Shown here: positions 1 to 9,984 of the stretch, piece by piece
Layout: each line of letters begins with the position of its first letter
Numbering within the stretch: position 1 is the first letter of the stretch
NCBI GenBank assembly: GCA_947478845.1
Contig: CANJXC010000006.1
Coordinates: 491-64,490 of the forward strand
Reading direction: 5' to 3'
From: Spirochaetales bacterium
GTDB lineage: Bacteria; Spirochaetota; Spirochaetia; JABEVK01
DNA: 64,000 nt
The notes under the pieces: generated by a model
Seen by the model: the letters and a program-made list of their open reading frames with translations, nothing else
Database searches by the model: none
Told to the model about the DNA's origin: nothing
Position numbers and translations under genes: made by a program

Positions 1-345
1 GCAGATTTGATAGGTCGCATCATAGGCAGTGTAGATATCTTCCTCATCGCCGTCGTGCTGTTGATTTTTAGTTTTGGTCTTTACGAGCTGTTTATCTCCC
101 ATATCAACGCTGCAGACAACACCGAAGCTTCCAATATCCTCGACATCGGATCGCTCGATGTCCTCAAAGACAAGATTGGTCAGGTAATCCTCATGGCCCT
201 GATTGTGAAGTTCTTTCAGGTTGTTCTGGGCATGAAGCTCGAGAATATTAGCGAGATGCTTCTGTTTGCCGGCTGCGTTGCCCTCTTGGGAGTTTCGCTG
301 TTTCTGCTTCAGTTGGGCAAAAACATGGGCAAACATTCCGACTAA
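1..345 (+). CDS. YqhA/UPF0114 family membrane protein, 5' end outside the window
   Basis: Frame is open from base 1. VDIFLIAVVLLIFSFGLYELFIS and LDVLKDKIGQVILMALIVKFF match the YqhA-family pattern. Confidence 0.75.
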   Translation, partial: ADLIGRIIGSVDIFLIAVVLLIFSFGLYELFISHINAADNTEASNILDIGSLDVLKDKIGQVILMALIVKFFQVVLGMKLENISEMLLFAGCVALLGVSLFLLQLGKNMGKHSD

Positions 346-1508
346 GGTTTGCCCCAGAGGTCGATGCCCAACCATTGATTTGGGTCGGAATACTCCTGCG
401 GAATCATACCGATGGCTGGTTTATTGACGTTGTCGGTGAGCTCAGCAACAAGCCAGTTCTTTTTGTCCATCGGGAAGCGGGCCCCTGCGCCGGAGAGCTC
501 TAGCGCCGCCATGGCGTGGGAATACTTGGAACTAACCATCAATATTCCTTTGGTTCCGGTTTGTTCCAGCAAGGCGAGGTAAAGAAGGCACCGGGAGTCG
601 CAATCACCCGACTGGTTGGAGAGGGTTTGCCATGGGGTGGACAGGTCGGTCACTCCCCCCTTGCGGGAATACTCGAAGCTTTGCACCCAACTCATCATCG
701 TTTGTGGCAGAGCGGAAGAGGAAACTGTGCCTTTGGGGACGAGGGAACTCCAGTACTGCGAAAGCGGTAACAGGCTTGAAAAGAGTTCGCGGTAGATCTG
801 GCGGTAGAAGCGGCTCCACGCTGCATTGAGAAACCGGGTTTGGACCATCGGCGCTACCACGCGGCTCTCCCGCTCCATCACGGCCTGAATGCTCTCGTCG
901 GTCGTCTTGCTATAGGTCATGGTGAAACTGGAAGGCAATCCCGTCAGGGCTTTTCGCTCGAGTTCTTCCGACGGAGCGGTTTCCCGGAAGTACGCGCTCA
1001 AGGGGCCGATATCCTTTCGGCCAGCCTCGCCAAGGGCCAAGCTGTTGAGAGCCGACTGCAAAACGTCTAAATCGTTATCAAAATCTTTTTGGGCGCAATA
1101 GGCCAAGGCCGTCATATAGCTGCTCTGGTTACGCGTGACCAAGAGAATTGCCCGAACAGGGTAGGGCCCGGCCTTGTAGGTGAGGTTACCGAGCCACGAC
1201 TGTTGGCCGGACCAGGAGAATAACTCTCCCTCGCCGGTTGCACCTAGGCTGGCAAGAACGGTTTTAGCTTTTTCGGTGACGTTGTTTGCAGGATCGGCTT
1301 TCGCTCCTTGGGTAGACTGATTGAAGATCTCGAGGAAGGCGCTTCCATCCGAGTTTCGTATCAGAAAGTGCTGGGGAGTCGGGTCCTCGTAAAAAATCCA
1401 ACCGATAGGCGGATCAACATAGAAGTCCTGTTGTTCGGACCAGATAATTTCGGCTCTGAGGGGCAGTGCGGACACGAGCAGGACAAGTATAGGAAAGACA
1501 GTTCGCAT
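342..1508 (-). CDS. Secreted protein with a C-terminal transglutaminase-like (Cys-His-acid) domain
   Basis: Start moved to ATG 1508 (MRTVFPILVLLVSALPLRAE, a signal peptide) just after the upstream stop at 1516. Motifs GDCDSRCLLY, HAMAAL and WLVAELT. Confidence 0.6.
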   Translation of the reverse strand: MRTVFPILVLLVSALPLRAEIIWSEQQDFYVDPPIGWIFYEDPTPQHFLIRNSDGSAFLEIFNQSTQGAKADPANNVTEKAKTVLASLGATGEGELFSWSGQQSWLGNLTYKAGPYPVRAILLVTRNQSSYMTALAYCAQKDFDNDLDVLQSALNSLALGEAGRKDIGPLSAYFRETAPSEELERKALTGLPSSFTMTYSKTTDESIQAVMERESRVVAPMVQTRFLNAAWSRFYRQIYRELFSSLLPLSQYWSSLVPKGTVSSSALPQTMMSWVQSFEYSRKGGVTDLSTPWQTLSNQSGDCDSRCLLYLALLEQTGTKGILMVSSKYSHAMAALELSGAGARFPMDKKNWLVAELTDNVNKPAIGMIPQEYSDPNQWLGIDLWGKP

Positions 1509-1515
1509 GCGTTGA

Positions 1516-3444
1516 CTATCGGCGCATTTGGGCTCGGACTTCTTCCATTTCCAGTGCCACCACTTCCCAACGGTCCTGAATCTGTTCCCGAAGGAGCTTG
1601 TTGACGTCGAGTTGGAGGACGACAGCTTTGGCGAGTTCGCCTTGCGAGTAAACTTCCGGTGTCGATAAGTCAGCCTCAAGTTTGAGTTTTTCGCCTTCGA
1701 GAGCTTCTAATTCGGTGAGCAAAGCTTTCTCTTCGCGTTCGAGCTTTCGCCACAGGCCCTCACGTTTCTTCATGTCCTGCCTGTCGATTTGCGAACGGCT
1801 CGGAGCTGATTCAACAGCTCGCAAGCGCTCGGCAGGAACTTCTGCGGCCAAGGCCTCCTGATAAGCTTGCCAGCCCCCTAAGTGCAACCGGTGATTTCCG
1901 TCCGTAAGCTCCAAAACCTTCCCAACCAAGTGCTCGAGGAAGTACTTATCGTGGGAAACAACCAAAACCGTGCCGCCAAACTGGCGGAGGGCTTCGAGAA
2001 GGACATCCTTCGAGGCCAGATCGAGATGGTTTGTCGGTTCATCGAGCAAGAGGAGATTGGCCGGGTGCAACAGGAGTTTTACCAGAGTCAGCCGGTTCTT
2101 TTCACCTCCGGAAAGCACGGCGGTCTTCTTAAAAACGTCGTCTCCCCTGAATAGAAAGGAGCCGAGGAGGTCGCGAAGGCGCGGGATCATGGCGGTGGGA
2201 GCCTCAGACTCCACTTCTTCGAGGACAGTCTTCGCCGGATCGAGATCCTTTTCATGGTCCTGAGAGAACCAGGCCGCCTGAACATCAGTTCCCCAGCGGA
2301 GCATGCCGTCAAAGCTTTGGTCCTTGCCAGCCAGAATGCGCATGAGTGTCGATTTTCCCATACCGTTGCGGCCGGCCACCGCAATTTTTTCGCCCCGGAG
2401 GAAGGTATATTCCAGACCCCGCAGCACGGGACGCTCTCCGTAAGCCTTACCGAGATTTTGCACCTCCAGCACGATTTTGCCTGAATGTGGCGCCGGGGGG
2501 AAACTGAAGTGCATGGGTACCAGCGACTCTGGAAGGTCAACCCTTTCGAGTTTTTCCAAGGCCTTGATCCGGCTTTGAACTCCGGCGGCCTTGGTGGCTT
2601 TGGCCCGAAACCGATTGATATAGTCTTCCTGTTTTGCGATTTCCCCTTGCTGTTGCTTCCAAGCCTCCTCCATCTGTCGGATCTCAAGCCGCCGCCGGTC
2701 TTCCCAATTACTGAAGTTGCCTTTGGTGAGGGTCAGTTGACCGCGGAAGATCTCGGCCACTTCGGTCACCACGGCGTCTAGAAAACCGCGGTCGTGGGAA
2801 ACCAGAAGAAAACCGCCCGTAGCTGCCCTGAGAAACGCTTCAAGCCAGTCTTTGGCTTCGAGGTCGAGGTAATTGGTCGGTTCATCAAGAAGAAGCAGGT
2901 CTGGCTTTTCCAGAAGGCAACGCCCGAGGGCGATACGCATTTGCCAACCACCAGAAAACGTGGAGGCTGGACGATCAAGCTCGTCATCGGAGAAACCCAA
3001 ACCCTTAAGGGTCTGTTCCACCGTCTCGCGCCGTTGGTAATACCCCGACTCGAGCAGCCGTTCCTGCAACTCCTGATGTTGGTGGAGGAGTTTGCTGGCG
3101 GTGCGTTCGTCGTGGGCATCCAAACTTTCCAGCAACTCATGCATCTGAGTCTCGAGGCGCCTCCACGGGTCAAACGCCGCCTCAGCTTCCTGATACACCG
3201 TACCGCTTCCCAGTAAAATACCCGACTGCGGCAAGTAGGCGACCCGGGTGCCTTCCGGAAGAATGACTTTCCCCGAATCAACTTCCGAAAGTCCGGCCAT
3301 CACTTTGAGGAGGGTTGATTTACCGCTGCCATTGGCCCCGGCAAGCGCAACTTTCTGTCCGGAATACAGGGCAAAGCTGATATCTCGCAAAACGTCACGG
3401 TCACCGAAGGCCAAGCGGATGTCTTGAAGTTGGAGAAACGCCAT
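1516..3444 (-). CDS. ABC-F family ATP-binding protein
   Basis: Two ABC domains (GANGSGKS/FSGGWQMR/LLLDEPTN and GRNGMGKS/LSGGEKNR/LLLDEPTN), no TM segments, C-terminal coiled coil. Confidence 0.93.
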   Translation of the reverse strand: MAFLQLQDIRLAFGDRDVLRDISFALYSGQKVALAGANGSGKSTLLKVMAGLSEVDSGKVILPEGTRVAYLPQSGILLGSGTVYQEAEAAFDPWRRLETQMHELLESLDAHDERTASKLLHQHQELQERLLESGYYQRRETVEQTLKGLGFSDDELDRPASTFSGGWQMRIALGRCLLEKPDLLLLDEPTNYLDLEAKDWLEAFLRAATGGFLLVSHDRGFLDAVVTEVAEIFRGQLTLTKGNFSNWEDRRRLEIRQMEEAWKQQQGEIAKQEDYINRFRAKATKAAGVQSRIKALEKLERVDLPESLVPMHFSFPPAPHSGKIVLEVQNLGKAYGERPVLRGLEYTFLRGEKIAVAGRNGMGKSTLMRILAGKDQSFDGMLRWGTDVQAAWFSQDHEKDLDPAKTVLEEVESEAPTAMIPRLRDLLGSFLFRGDDVFKKTAVLSGGEKNRLTLVKLLLHPANLLLLDEPTNHLDLASKDVLLEALRQFGGTVLVVSHDKYFLEHLVGKVLELTDGNHRLHLGGWQAYQEALAAEVPAERLRAVESAPSRSQIDRQDMKKREGLWRKLEREEKALLTELEALEGEKLKLEADLSTPEVYSQGELAKAVVLQLDVNKLLREQIQDRWEVVALEMEEVRAQMRR

Positions 3445-3446
3445 GG

Positions 3447-4799
3447 CTAATTCTGGAACGTCAAGAACACCGAGAGCCCCGACTTGCTCTCCCGTAGAAC
3501 TGTGTGCTTGGTCTGATCCGTATCCCTCGGGAGAACTGGCAGCAATTGAAGGCCATCCTTGAGGAAGCGGTAAAGGAAGACCTGAGACGGGGGTTCGGGA
3601 GCACCGGGAGTCAAGTTTTCCTCACCGAAAACGAAACGGATGGCTTGAAACTCATTGATGAGCTTTCGGTCCTTGAACCAGTCAAAGGCAATTTTGCCAG
3701 AATGGGGCAGATTATTGGGCAGTATGTCTGCCGAAGGTGGAGAAAGCGCCTGGAATCCGTCCCAGGTGAACGAGTTCTCCTCACCAAGTGTCAGGGTTCC
3801 ATACGTCGGACTTTCGAGCAGGTGGCCGTGGTTCGTCAGCTCAGTCCACTTGCGTTGCCGGGACGCTAGTTCCTGGCTCAAGAGCGTACCCACGTCGCCC
3901 TGAAGGGTAGCGAGGGTCACATTCTTCTCCTGACCTTTCCACGTGAAGCCGACCACAATTTTAGACAGCTCAGGGGTTGTGAATTGGATGCGCAGTTTTT
4001 CTGGGCCGCCAAAATAATAAGACAACTCGTCGATTTTACGCGGCTCGTCCCAAGGAAGCTCGAAAAGCTCGTCAGGGCCAGCTTCGGCGGAGAGAGTGAG
4101 CAGAAAGGAGCGGTTCGTGTCGGCGGAACCTGTGAGTCGTAAACCTAATTCGGGCCTGAAAATCTCCGGACGTAGCCTGTCTTGGTCTACCATGGCTCGC
4201 ATCTCTTCCGGATACCAAGAGGTCGAGACAATGAGCTGCACCTTCTCGTCGCCCGGGCCGCTGTTTTTGACCGCCTCGGTGGCCCCCGGAGTTTTATCGA
4301 TGAGCTTCAGGTAGTAATCGAAGACCCACCCGCTGTACCCATCCTTGGTTAACACCTCCACCCACGTGCCTTCCAGGTTTCCCTGTTTCACCCTTTGCCC
4401 CGGACGTGAGAGGACTTTCACTTCCTCGTTCTCACCCAACTTGTACAGGCGGTTTGCGTTGGCGTCGGGGGTTTGACGGACGGGCAATCCCTGCTTGCCC
4501 GAGACGGCGAAGGTGTTTTTATACTGCTGGTAACTTTCGGAATAGGCCTTCGCGTCGGTCTCGCTATTGAAGGATTTGACCCTCCATTGATCAGTTTCCA
4601 AGGATGCAGAACCGTTAGTCGGTTGAACCCTTAAACTGTGGCGTATGCGACTTTGTTCCCAGATCCAGACCAGGTCGCCGTTCTGCAATCCAGGGGTTTC
4701 GGGGGCCCAAATCACGACCCCCGTCGCCATGCGGCCAAAACCACAAGACAACAGAACAGTCCCGGTAAGGAAAACGTACGCAAAGAAACGGAGGCTCAT
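3447..4799 (-). CDS. SH3-domain lipoprotein
   Basis: Lipobox-like LLSC near the N-terminus. The segment LPVRQTPDAN...LGENEEVKVL...WVEVLTKDGYSGWVFDYYL is SH3b-like. Confidence 0.65.
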   Translation of the reverse strand: MSLRFFAYVFLTGTVLLSCGFGRMATGVVIWAPETPGLQNGDLVWIWEQSRIRHSLRVQPTNGSASLETDQWRVKSFNSETDAKAYSESYQQYKNTFAVSGKQGLPVRQTPDANANRLYKLGENEEVKVLSRPGQRVKQGNLEGTWVEVLTKDGYSGWVFDYYLKLIDKTPGATEAVKNSGPGDEKVQLIVSTSWYPEEMRAMVDQDRLRPEIFRPELGLRLTGSADTNRSFLLTLSAEAGPDELFELPWDEPRKIDELSYYFGGPEKLRIQFTTPELSKIVVGFTWKGQEKNVTLATLQGDVGTLLSQELASRQRKWTELTNHGHLLESPTYGTLTLGEENSFTWDGFQALSPPSADILPNNLPHSGKIAFDWFKDRKLINEFQAIRFVFGEENLTPGAPEPPSQVFLYRFLKDGLQLLPVLPRDTDQTKHTVLRESKSGLSVFLTFQN

Positions 4800-5071
4800 A
4801 TGCGAAGTGTAGCTTGTCTTTCGCCGGGAAACAACGTAAAATCACCACAAGTGATCACCGACGGGCGGCACATTTTGCTTCACTCGGCCAAAAAAACCGG
4901 CAGTCTGCTGCAGTTTACCACCTACGGCTACCTTTCCGTCGAACAGGAGTCGGTAGAAGAGCTTTTCATGTCCTTTTCGCACCAAGGGCTCGATATCCAA
5001 AATAGCGAACACAACCGTACACGGATCACCCTGCCGCTGACGATACAATAGGTATTCACAAGAGGGGTTTC

Positions 5072-6445
5072 ATGGCCAAACTGTGGCAAAAAGACTACGA
5101 ACTCAATGCACTGGTGGAGTCTTTCACGGTGGGCCTTGATCCTGAGCTCGATCAACGCCTGGTAGCGGCCGATGCCCTGGCTTCGATGGCCCAAGCCCGC
5201 CAACTGGCACGCATCGGTTTGCTGACTCCTCTGGAGGCCAACCAACTTGTAGAAACCTTAGGACAGCTGGTGGTGGAATGGTCGCAAGGTCAGTTGGTTG
5301 TGGCAAGAGCCGACGAAGACTGCCATACCATGCTCGAAAATCGCCTCACCGAGCGCCTCGGCGAGGCTGGTAAAAAAATCCACACGGGCCGCTCTCGCAA
5401 CGACCAAGTACAAACTGCGCTGCGCGTCTATGGTCGGTCGCGGTTTCTTGGGTTGCGGCTGTCAATCGTCCATTTGGCTCAGAACCTAGCGAAGTTTGCG
5501 GCTACCCATCGGCTGGTGCCAATGCCCGGGCGAACTCACCTGCAGACGGGTATGCCCTCGTCGGTTGGTCTGTGGGCTGCCGCTTGGGCCGAGGAACTGG
5601 CCGATCTGCTGGTCGTGGCCGATGCCGTGGCAACGCTATGGGATCAGTGCCCGTTGGGTGCTGCTGCCGGTTACGGCGTGCCGCTGCCTTTGGACCGCGA
5701 ATATTCAGCAGCTCTCCTTGGCTTCCAAAAAGTGCAGAATAATGTGATTTACGTGAATAATTCCCGGGGAAAGTTTGAAGCAGCGCTTCTGGACACGACA
5801 GATCAGCTGGGTTTGACCCTCAGTAAAATTGCACAGGACCTCATACTGTTCTCGCTGCCGGAGTTTGGCTACTTCAGGCTTCCAGCCGCACTATGCTCAG
5901 GAAGCAGCATCATGCCGCAAAAGAAAAACCCTGATGGACTGGAATTGGTTCGGGCCAAGAGCGCGAGTCTCTCCGCTTGGTCCTCGCAAGTGAAGAACGT
6001 CATAAGATCGCTTCCTTCGGGGTACAACCGGGATTTCCAGGAAACGAAGGAACCGTTTTTGCGTGGCCTGGAAACCGCGGGAGAACTTGTAGCCATCGTC
6101 AATCTGACGTTCGCAGAGCTTGAGGTGGTCCCCGAGAAACTGCTTGCCGGCTTCACCCCCGAGATTTTCGCCACCGACGCTGCCTATGATTTGGTACGCC
6201 AAGGCTGGAGCTTCCGCGACGCGTACCGCGAAGTTGGTATGCACCTCGAACGTCTGCAAAAGATCGATCCCATCACCACCATTTCCAACCGAACGCATAC
6301 CGGATCCGCTGGAAACCTTGGCCTGGGCGCGCTGGAGGCCGATCTTGTAGCCAGAGAAAGGCATTACAGCGAAGAAGGATTTCGAATTGCCCGGGCCCTC
6401 GAGGCCTTGGCTGGAGCGACAGTTTTCCAGGCGAGCCGCCTATGA
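5072..6445 (+). CDS. argH: Argininosuccinate lyase
   Basis: KLW N-terminus, HTGRSRNDQ, MPGRTHLQ, and the fumarase-superfamily signature GSSIMPQKKNPD. Confidence 0.95.
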   Translation: MAKLWQKDYELNALVESFTVGLDPELDQRLVAADALASMAQARQLARIGLLTPLEANQLVETLGQLVVEWSQGQLVVARADEDCHTMLENRLTERLGEAGKKIHTGRSRNDQVQTALRVYGRSRFLGLRLSIVHLAQNLAKFAATHRLVPMPGRTHLQTGMPSSVGLWAAAWAEELADLLVVADAVATLWDQCPLGAAAGYGVPLPLDREYSAALLGFQKVQNNVIYVNNSRGKFEAALLDTTDQLGLTLSKIAQDLILFSLPEFGYFRLPAALCSGSSIMPQKKNPDGLELVRAKSASLSAWSSQVKNVIRSLPSGYNRDFQETKEPFLRGLETAGELVAIVNLTFAELEVVPEKLLAGFTPEIFATDAAYDLVRQGWSFRDAYREVGMHLERLQKIDPITTISNRTHTGSAGNLGLGALEADLVARERHYSEEGFRIARALEALAGATVFQASRL

Positions 6446-7017
6446 TCCTGTTTTTCCAGACCCTTTCTATGAAGACCCGTTTGGTCGCGGTTCTTGTTTC
6501 GTTTTTCCTGGTCTTCTGCGTTTTCTATGCTTTCAATAACACACCTTGGTTCTTGGTGCAGTTGAAACAATACTCTCCCGACCACAGCCTACCCGACCAG
6601 TTGTTCTGGTATAGTCCCCGCGATCTTCACCAAATTTTGGGGGCCTGGGGTCTCGTGGGCCGCGATTTTTACCGCACCACCCTGTTTCCGCTCGATCTGG
6701 TTTTTCCCGTGGTCTACAGCTCTTTCTTTTTCGTATCGCTGCTCTACATGCTCAAAAAGGTGAATCCCAAGGGAGCCTGGTGGTACCTCCTTCCGGTTTT
6801 GCCCGCCGTGGGGGGGCTTTGCGACCTGTTGGAAAACCTTGGGGTCTTCACCTCATCCCTGTTGTATCCAGACCGCTGGGATTGGCTGGGTTTGGCAACT
6901 GGGAGTGTGACGACAGCGAAATGGGGATTTTTGTCTTTGAACTTGGGTCTCTTGTTGTTCTTGGCGCTGTGGCACTGGGGCCAGAGAATGAAGCACTTGC
7001 TGAGACCAGAGCCCTAG
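6442..7017 (+). CDS. Hypothetical integral membrane protein (about 4 TM)
   Basis: ATGA overlap with the argH stop, hydrophobic segments, LDLVFPVVY and CDLLEN. Confidence 0.65.
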   Translation: MILFFQTLSMKTRLVAVLVSFFLVFCVFYAFNNTPWFLVQLKQYSPDHSLPDQLFWYSPRDLHQILGAWGLVGRDFYRTTLFPLDLVFPVVYSSFFFVSLLYMLKKVNPKGAWWYLLPVLPAVGGLCDLLENLGVFTSSLLYPDRWDWLGLATGSVTTAKWGFLSLNLGLLLFLALWHWGQRMKHLLRPEP

Positions 7018-7047
7018 GCTAAACTTGAGACTTCAGAGGAGGACCCT

Positions 7048-7167
7048 ATGGGTGACAAATCAAAGCAGAAGAAAGAGACCAAGAAGACGCCCTTGAAGAG
7101 TGCCGACGAAAAGAAAAAGGAAAAGCAAGCTAAAAAGGCCAGCCGACCTACTTCCTCGGCAGAGTAA
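7048..7167 (+). CDS. Small lysine-rich protein, 39 aa (MGDKSKQKKETKKTPLKSADEKKKEKQAKKASRPTSSAE)
   Basis: GAGGAGG Shine-Dalgarno just upstream of ATG 7048, TAA at 7165-7167. Below the ORF-track length cutoff. Confidence 0.55.
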   Translation: MGDKSKQKKETKKTPLKSADEKKKEKQAKKASRPTSSAE

Positions 7168-7534
7168 TTTCGGCCAGAAGCTTGCCGGTCAGCGTGGAAA
7201 CCCGCAGGCTTACAGCACCCGGAGGCAGAGGTACCCGTTCAGTACTCTGGCTCCCGGGTATTTTTTTGGTTTTTGACATCCAGAGTTGAGTTCCCGACTT
7301 CCATTCTAGTTTCACACCGTTCTCGGTGAGCACGTACTTCTTCAGCACCAAGCGCACCTGAGTACAACCGGCCGGAAGGGAAAGTGACTTGCTGAACTTG
7401 GGTCCGCCAAGAAGCAGGGTCAAGGTAGGAACCTCGGTCGAAGTATCCCAAACCCAAGCAGTGGGCCACGGTCCGGCGGCAGACACCGTTGTCATCCAAA
7501 GAGCCGCCACCATCAGGGGAAGTGCCCGCTTCAC
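7148..7534 (-). CDS. Hypothetical secreted protein
   Basis: Signal peptide MKRALPLMVAALWMTTVSA; abuts the aroDE stop. Confidence 0.55.
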   Translation of the reverse strand: MKRALPLMVAALWMTTVSAAGPWPTAWVWDTSTEVPTLTLLLGGPKFSKSLSLPAGCTQVRLVLKKYVLTENGVKLEWKSGTQLWMSKTKKIPGSQSTERVPLPPGAVSLRVSTLTGKLLAEITLPRK

Positions 7535-7535
7535 G

Positions 7536-8978
7536 CTAAGTTATCCCGGGATGCGCTCGACCCGTAAACAGCCGGAACTGTCTCCAGGCTTGGTGCTCCA
7601 GCATCTGACGGCCAAAAAGCAACCTGCACCCCGCTTGCTCGGCCCGCGACAAGAAGACGGTTCGCTCCGGTGAATAAATGATGTCGTAGGCAATTTCTGA
7701 ACCGTCGAAGGTGTACCATTCCAGGGGGTCTTGTCCTTCCATAGAGCCCATTCCGACATTCGTGGTCTGCACGATCACCTCCCGGAACTTCCGCAACAAC
7801 GGGAGGCTTTCTTTGTCCAACAAGGCTGCCTGCGCTCCCAAGTTCTGAGCCAGTCGGCGGGCCTTAGAAAGGTCACGTCCGAGCACCAAGACCTGAACCC
7901 CAGCCTGAACCAGCGCCCACGCCACCGCCCGGGCAGAACCGCCAGTTCCTATCACAGTTGCCGACTTCAACTCAGGTTGCACTTGGGTGAGGGGTTCAAG
8001 AAATCCTGCACCGTCTGTGTTGTCGCCATGCCAACCGGTGGTAGTACGGACCAGAGTGTTGACAGCGCCGATTTGTCGTGCCGCATCGGATAGAGATTCG
8101 ACGAGAGGGACCACCGCTTGCTTATGAGGTATGGTGCACGAAAGTCCCTTGACACCCAAACGGCCGGCCGATTTGAGAAGGAATCGGGGATCATCTGCCA
8201 AAAAGGGAAGGTAGGTGCCGGCTAGGTCTAGGGCCTCCAACGCCGGGTTGTGAATGTGCGGCGATTGGGAGTGGAACACGGGGTTGCCCATCACCCCGTA
8301 CACGGGAGTTGTCGTGGTCTGTTTTCGAAACCGGTAGAGCTCTACCAGGGTTTTCGGGTCAGTTTGCCCGGGCGCCACCACTTGCCCGGGAGGCGAGGCA
8401 TAGGTCCACAGGCTTCCCAGACGGGCAGCAAGGATGCGGCTTGAAAAACCAAAACCGCCCATGGCCAGCAGAACACGCCGGCCAGAAGGCAAGCCGAGCA
8501 CCCCCTCGAGAAAATCATCGTATTCGGCAGAGCTCCTGGGCATCAAGGCGGCTTTTACCACCACCCCCGGGCCCTCTGCGGCGAGGATCCGCTCGAGCCA
8601 GTGCTCTCCGAGGCCCTCGAACTCGTGAAAAGAGACGATCAGTTCTCGCCCGGAGGAGATCCATCGTTGTTCCCAACGGGGAATCCTCTGTTTGTCTTCG
8701 ATATCTGCCCAGCGCCACGCTCCGGTAAGCGCGTTTTCAAAAAACTCTACCCGCTCGGCCGGGGGGCCATCCCAATCACCTCCGTCGCTGCGTTGCCTCA
8801 GGGTCAGAATGAGGGGGATCCCAGCATCACGGGAGAAGCGGTTCAGCTCAGGCCACTGTTTGCTAGAGATTTTGTCGGCGCGCAACTCGGCAAGGTCTAT
8901 CCACGGCCTGCTTTCCTCCAACTGCCGGTGGCAGTCGTCCAAAGTGGGTCCGTTGAGCACCAGGCAAATCCCGGGCAC
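7536..8978 (-). CDS. aroDE: Bifunctional type I 3-dehydroquinate dehydratase / shikimate dehydrogenase
   Basis: N-terminal DHQase I (ELRAD, LILTLR, IVSFH, VVKAA, LLAMG). C-terminal SDH (GNPVFHSQSPHIHN, SCTIPHK, GAVNT, DNTD, GTGGSAR, YDIIYSP). Confidence 0.92.
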   Translation of the reverse strand: MPGICLVLNGPTLDDCHRQLEESRPWIDLAELRADKISSKQWPELNRFSRDAGIPLILTLRQRSDGGDWDGPPAERVEFFENALTGAWRWADIEDKQRIPRWEQRWISSGRELIVSFHEFEGLGEHWLERILAAEGPGVVVKAALMPRSSAEYDDFLEGVLGLPSGRRVLLAMGGFGFSSRILAARLGSLWTYASPPGQVVAPGQTDPKTLVELYRFRKQTTTTPVYGVMGNPVFHSQSPHIHNPALEALDLAGTYLPFLADDPRFLLKSAGRLGVKGLSCTIPHKQAVVPLVESLSDAARQIGAVNTLVRTTTGWHGDNTDGAGFLEPLTQVQPELKSATVIGTGGSARAVAWALVQAGVQVLVLGRDLSKARRLAQNLGAQAALLDKESLPLLRKFREVIVQTTNVGMGSMEGQDPLEWYTFDGSEIAYDIIYSPERTVFLSRAEQAGCRLLFGRQMLEHQAWRQFRLFTGRAHPGIT

Positions 8979-9439
8979 TAGAGGTCGCTCCGATAGAAAG
9001 AGGCATCGACGAGCAGTCCGTTTTCAAACACAAGCCTAATCTGCCGCGGAAAGGCCCGAAACGTCAGGGCCCACGAGTCCCAGGCGGGAACCGATCCCGC
9101 TGCATTGCTGGCAGCGGGGGCTCCCAACAACGCTATCGCCCTGTCGCGGGGTTGACCCATAGTTAACCCAAGGAACCCAGCGGCGTAGCGGCGGTCGAGC
9201 CGGACCTGCCACACGTGGTTAGACGACCAGTAGACGGTTAAATGGTTTGAATAGTAGTGCGCCACCTGCCATCGGGAACCGTCAACAGGCACAGGATATA
9301 CTTCCGAGGGTGCTCCCAATTCCTCGTAAAGGGCTTGCGGAGTGAGTCCTAGAAGCAAAGCAGGATCGGCTACCGATTGCGAGGACAAAAACGAGGGTGA
9401 CCCGAGGAGGAGCCCGAGTAACACCAGAGGCCAACGCAC
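8978..9439 (-). CDS. Hypothetical secreted protein
   Basis: GTG 9439 with an AAGGA SD, a signal peptide, and a place in the icd-aroDE gene train. Confidence 0.6.
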   Translation of the reverse strand: MRWPLVLLGLLLGSPSFLSSQSVADPALLLGLTPQALYEELGAPSEVYPVPVDGSRWQVAHYYSNHLTVYWSSNHVWQVRLDRRYAAGFLGLTMGQPRDRAIALLGAPAASNAAGSVPAWDSWALTFRAFPRQIRLVFENGLLVDASFYRSDL

Positions 9440-9441
9440 GG

Positions 9442-9984
9442 CTATTCCTTGTTTTCCGGTTGTCGGAACCAGGAGCTGGCGACGAGGGTGAGGCCCATGA
9501 AAATGAGAATAAGAGGCCACCATTTGCTCACGAACTCTGCCAACGGTTCTTTGACGACGGAAAGGCTGAACAACAGAAAAAGCGTCATCAAAAGAATAAG
9601 AAACAAGCCAGGAATGAGGAGGCTAACCCGCACAGCGCGTCGGTACTGCGCACCATAGGGGATCAGCGACACGCCAATGATTCCCATGTAGACCGGCCAG
9701 AGTTCCCGGAGGGTATAGCCGACAGGGAGAACACCAAGGCTCAGCAGCAGCGTAAAGGCTCCCCCCAGAAGCAACACGAGTCCATTGAACAGGTAACCGG
9801 GTTTGGCCTTCAAGAACCAGACGCGGTACAGCAGCCAGACACCAACCACAAGCGGGAGCAGTCCGAGCCACTTGACCAGTCCGTCGAGACTATTTTGGGT
9901 AATCACTAACAGCACTGCTCCCACGATGACGAGTGTCAGCCCTGAGACGCGGGTGGCCCGGCTCAGCAGAACGCGTCGGTTCAT
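9442..9984 (-). CDS. Membrane protein, LiaF/DUF5668-like repeats
   Basis: ATG 9984 overlaps the icd stop (ATGA). Repeated LWPxxxxIIG and [10 protein letters not shown] motifs. Confidence 0.65.
   Translation of the reverse strand: MNRRVLLSRATRVSGLTLVIVGAVLLVITQNSLDGLVKWLGLLPLVVGVWLLYRVWFLKAKPGYLFNGLVLLLGGAFTLLLSLGVLPVGYTLRELWPVYMGIIGVSLIPYGAQYRRAVRVSLLIPGLFLILLMTLFLLFSLSVVKEPLAEFVSKWWPLILIFMGLTLVASSWFRQPENKE

Noticed and set aside
4800-5051. 83-aa ORF starting back-to-back (CATATG) with the SH3 lipoprotein gene, with an apparent GGAGG SD
   Set aside because: The SD is simply the reverse complement of the neighbour's first codons. There is no recognisable motif, and the region must hold divergent promoters.
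7536-8978. aroD-aroE fusion as a novelty
   Set aside because: Bifunctional DHQase-SDH proteins are well known in plants and several bacterial phyla.
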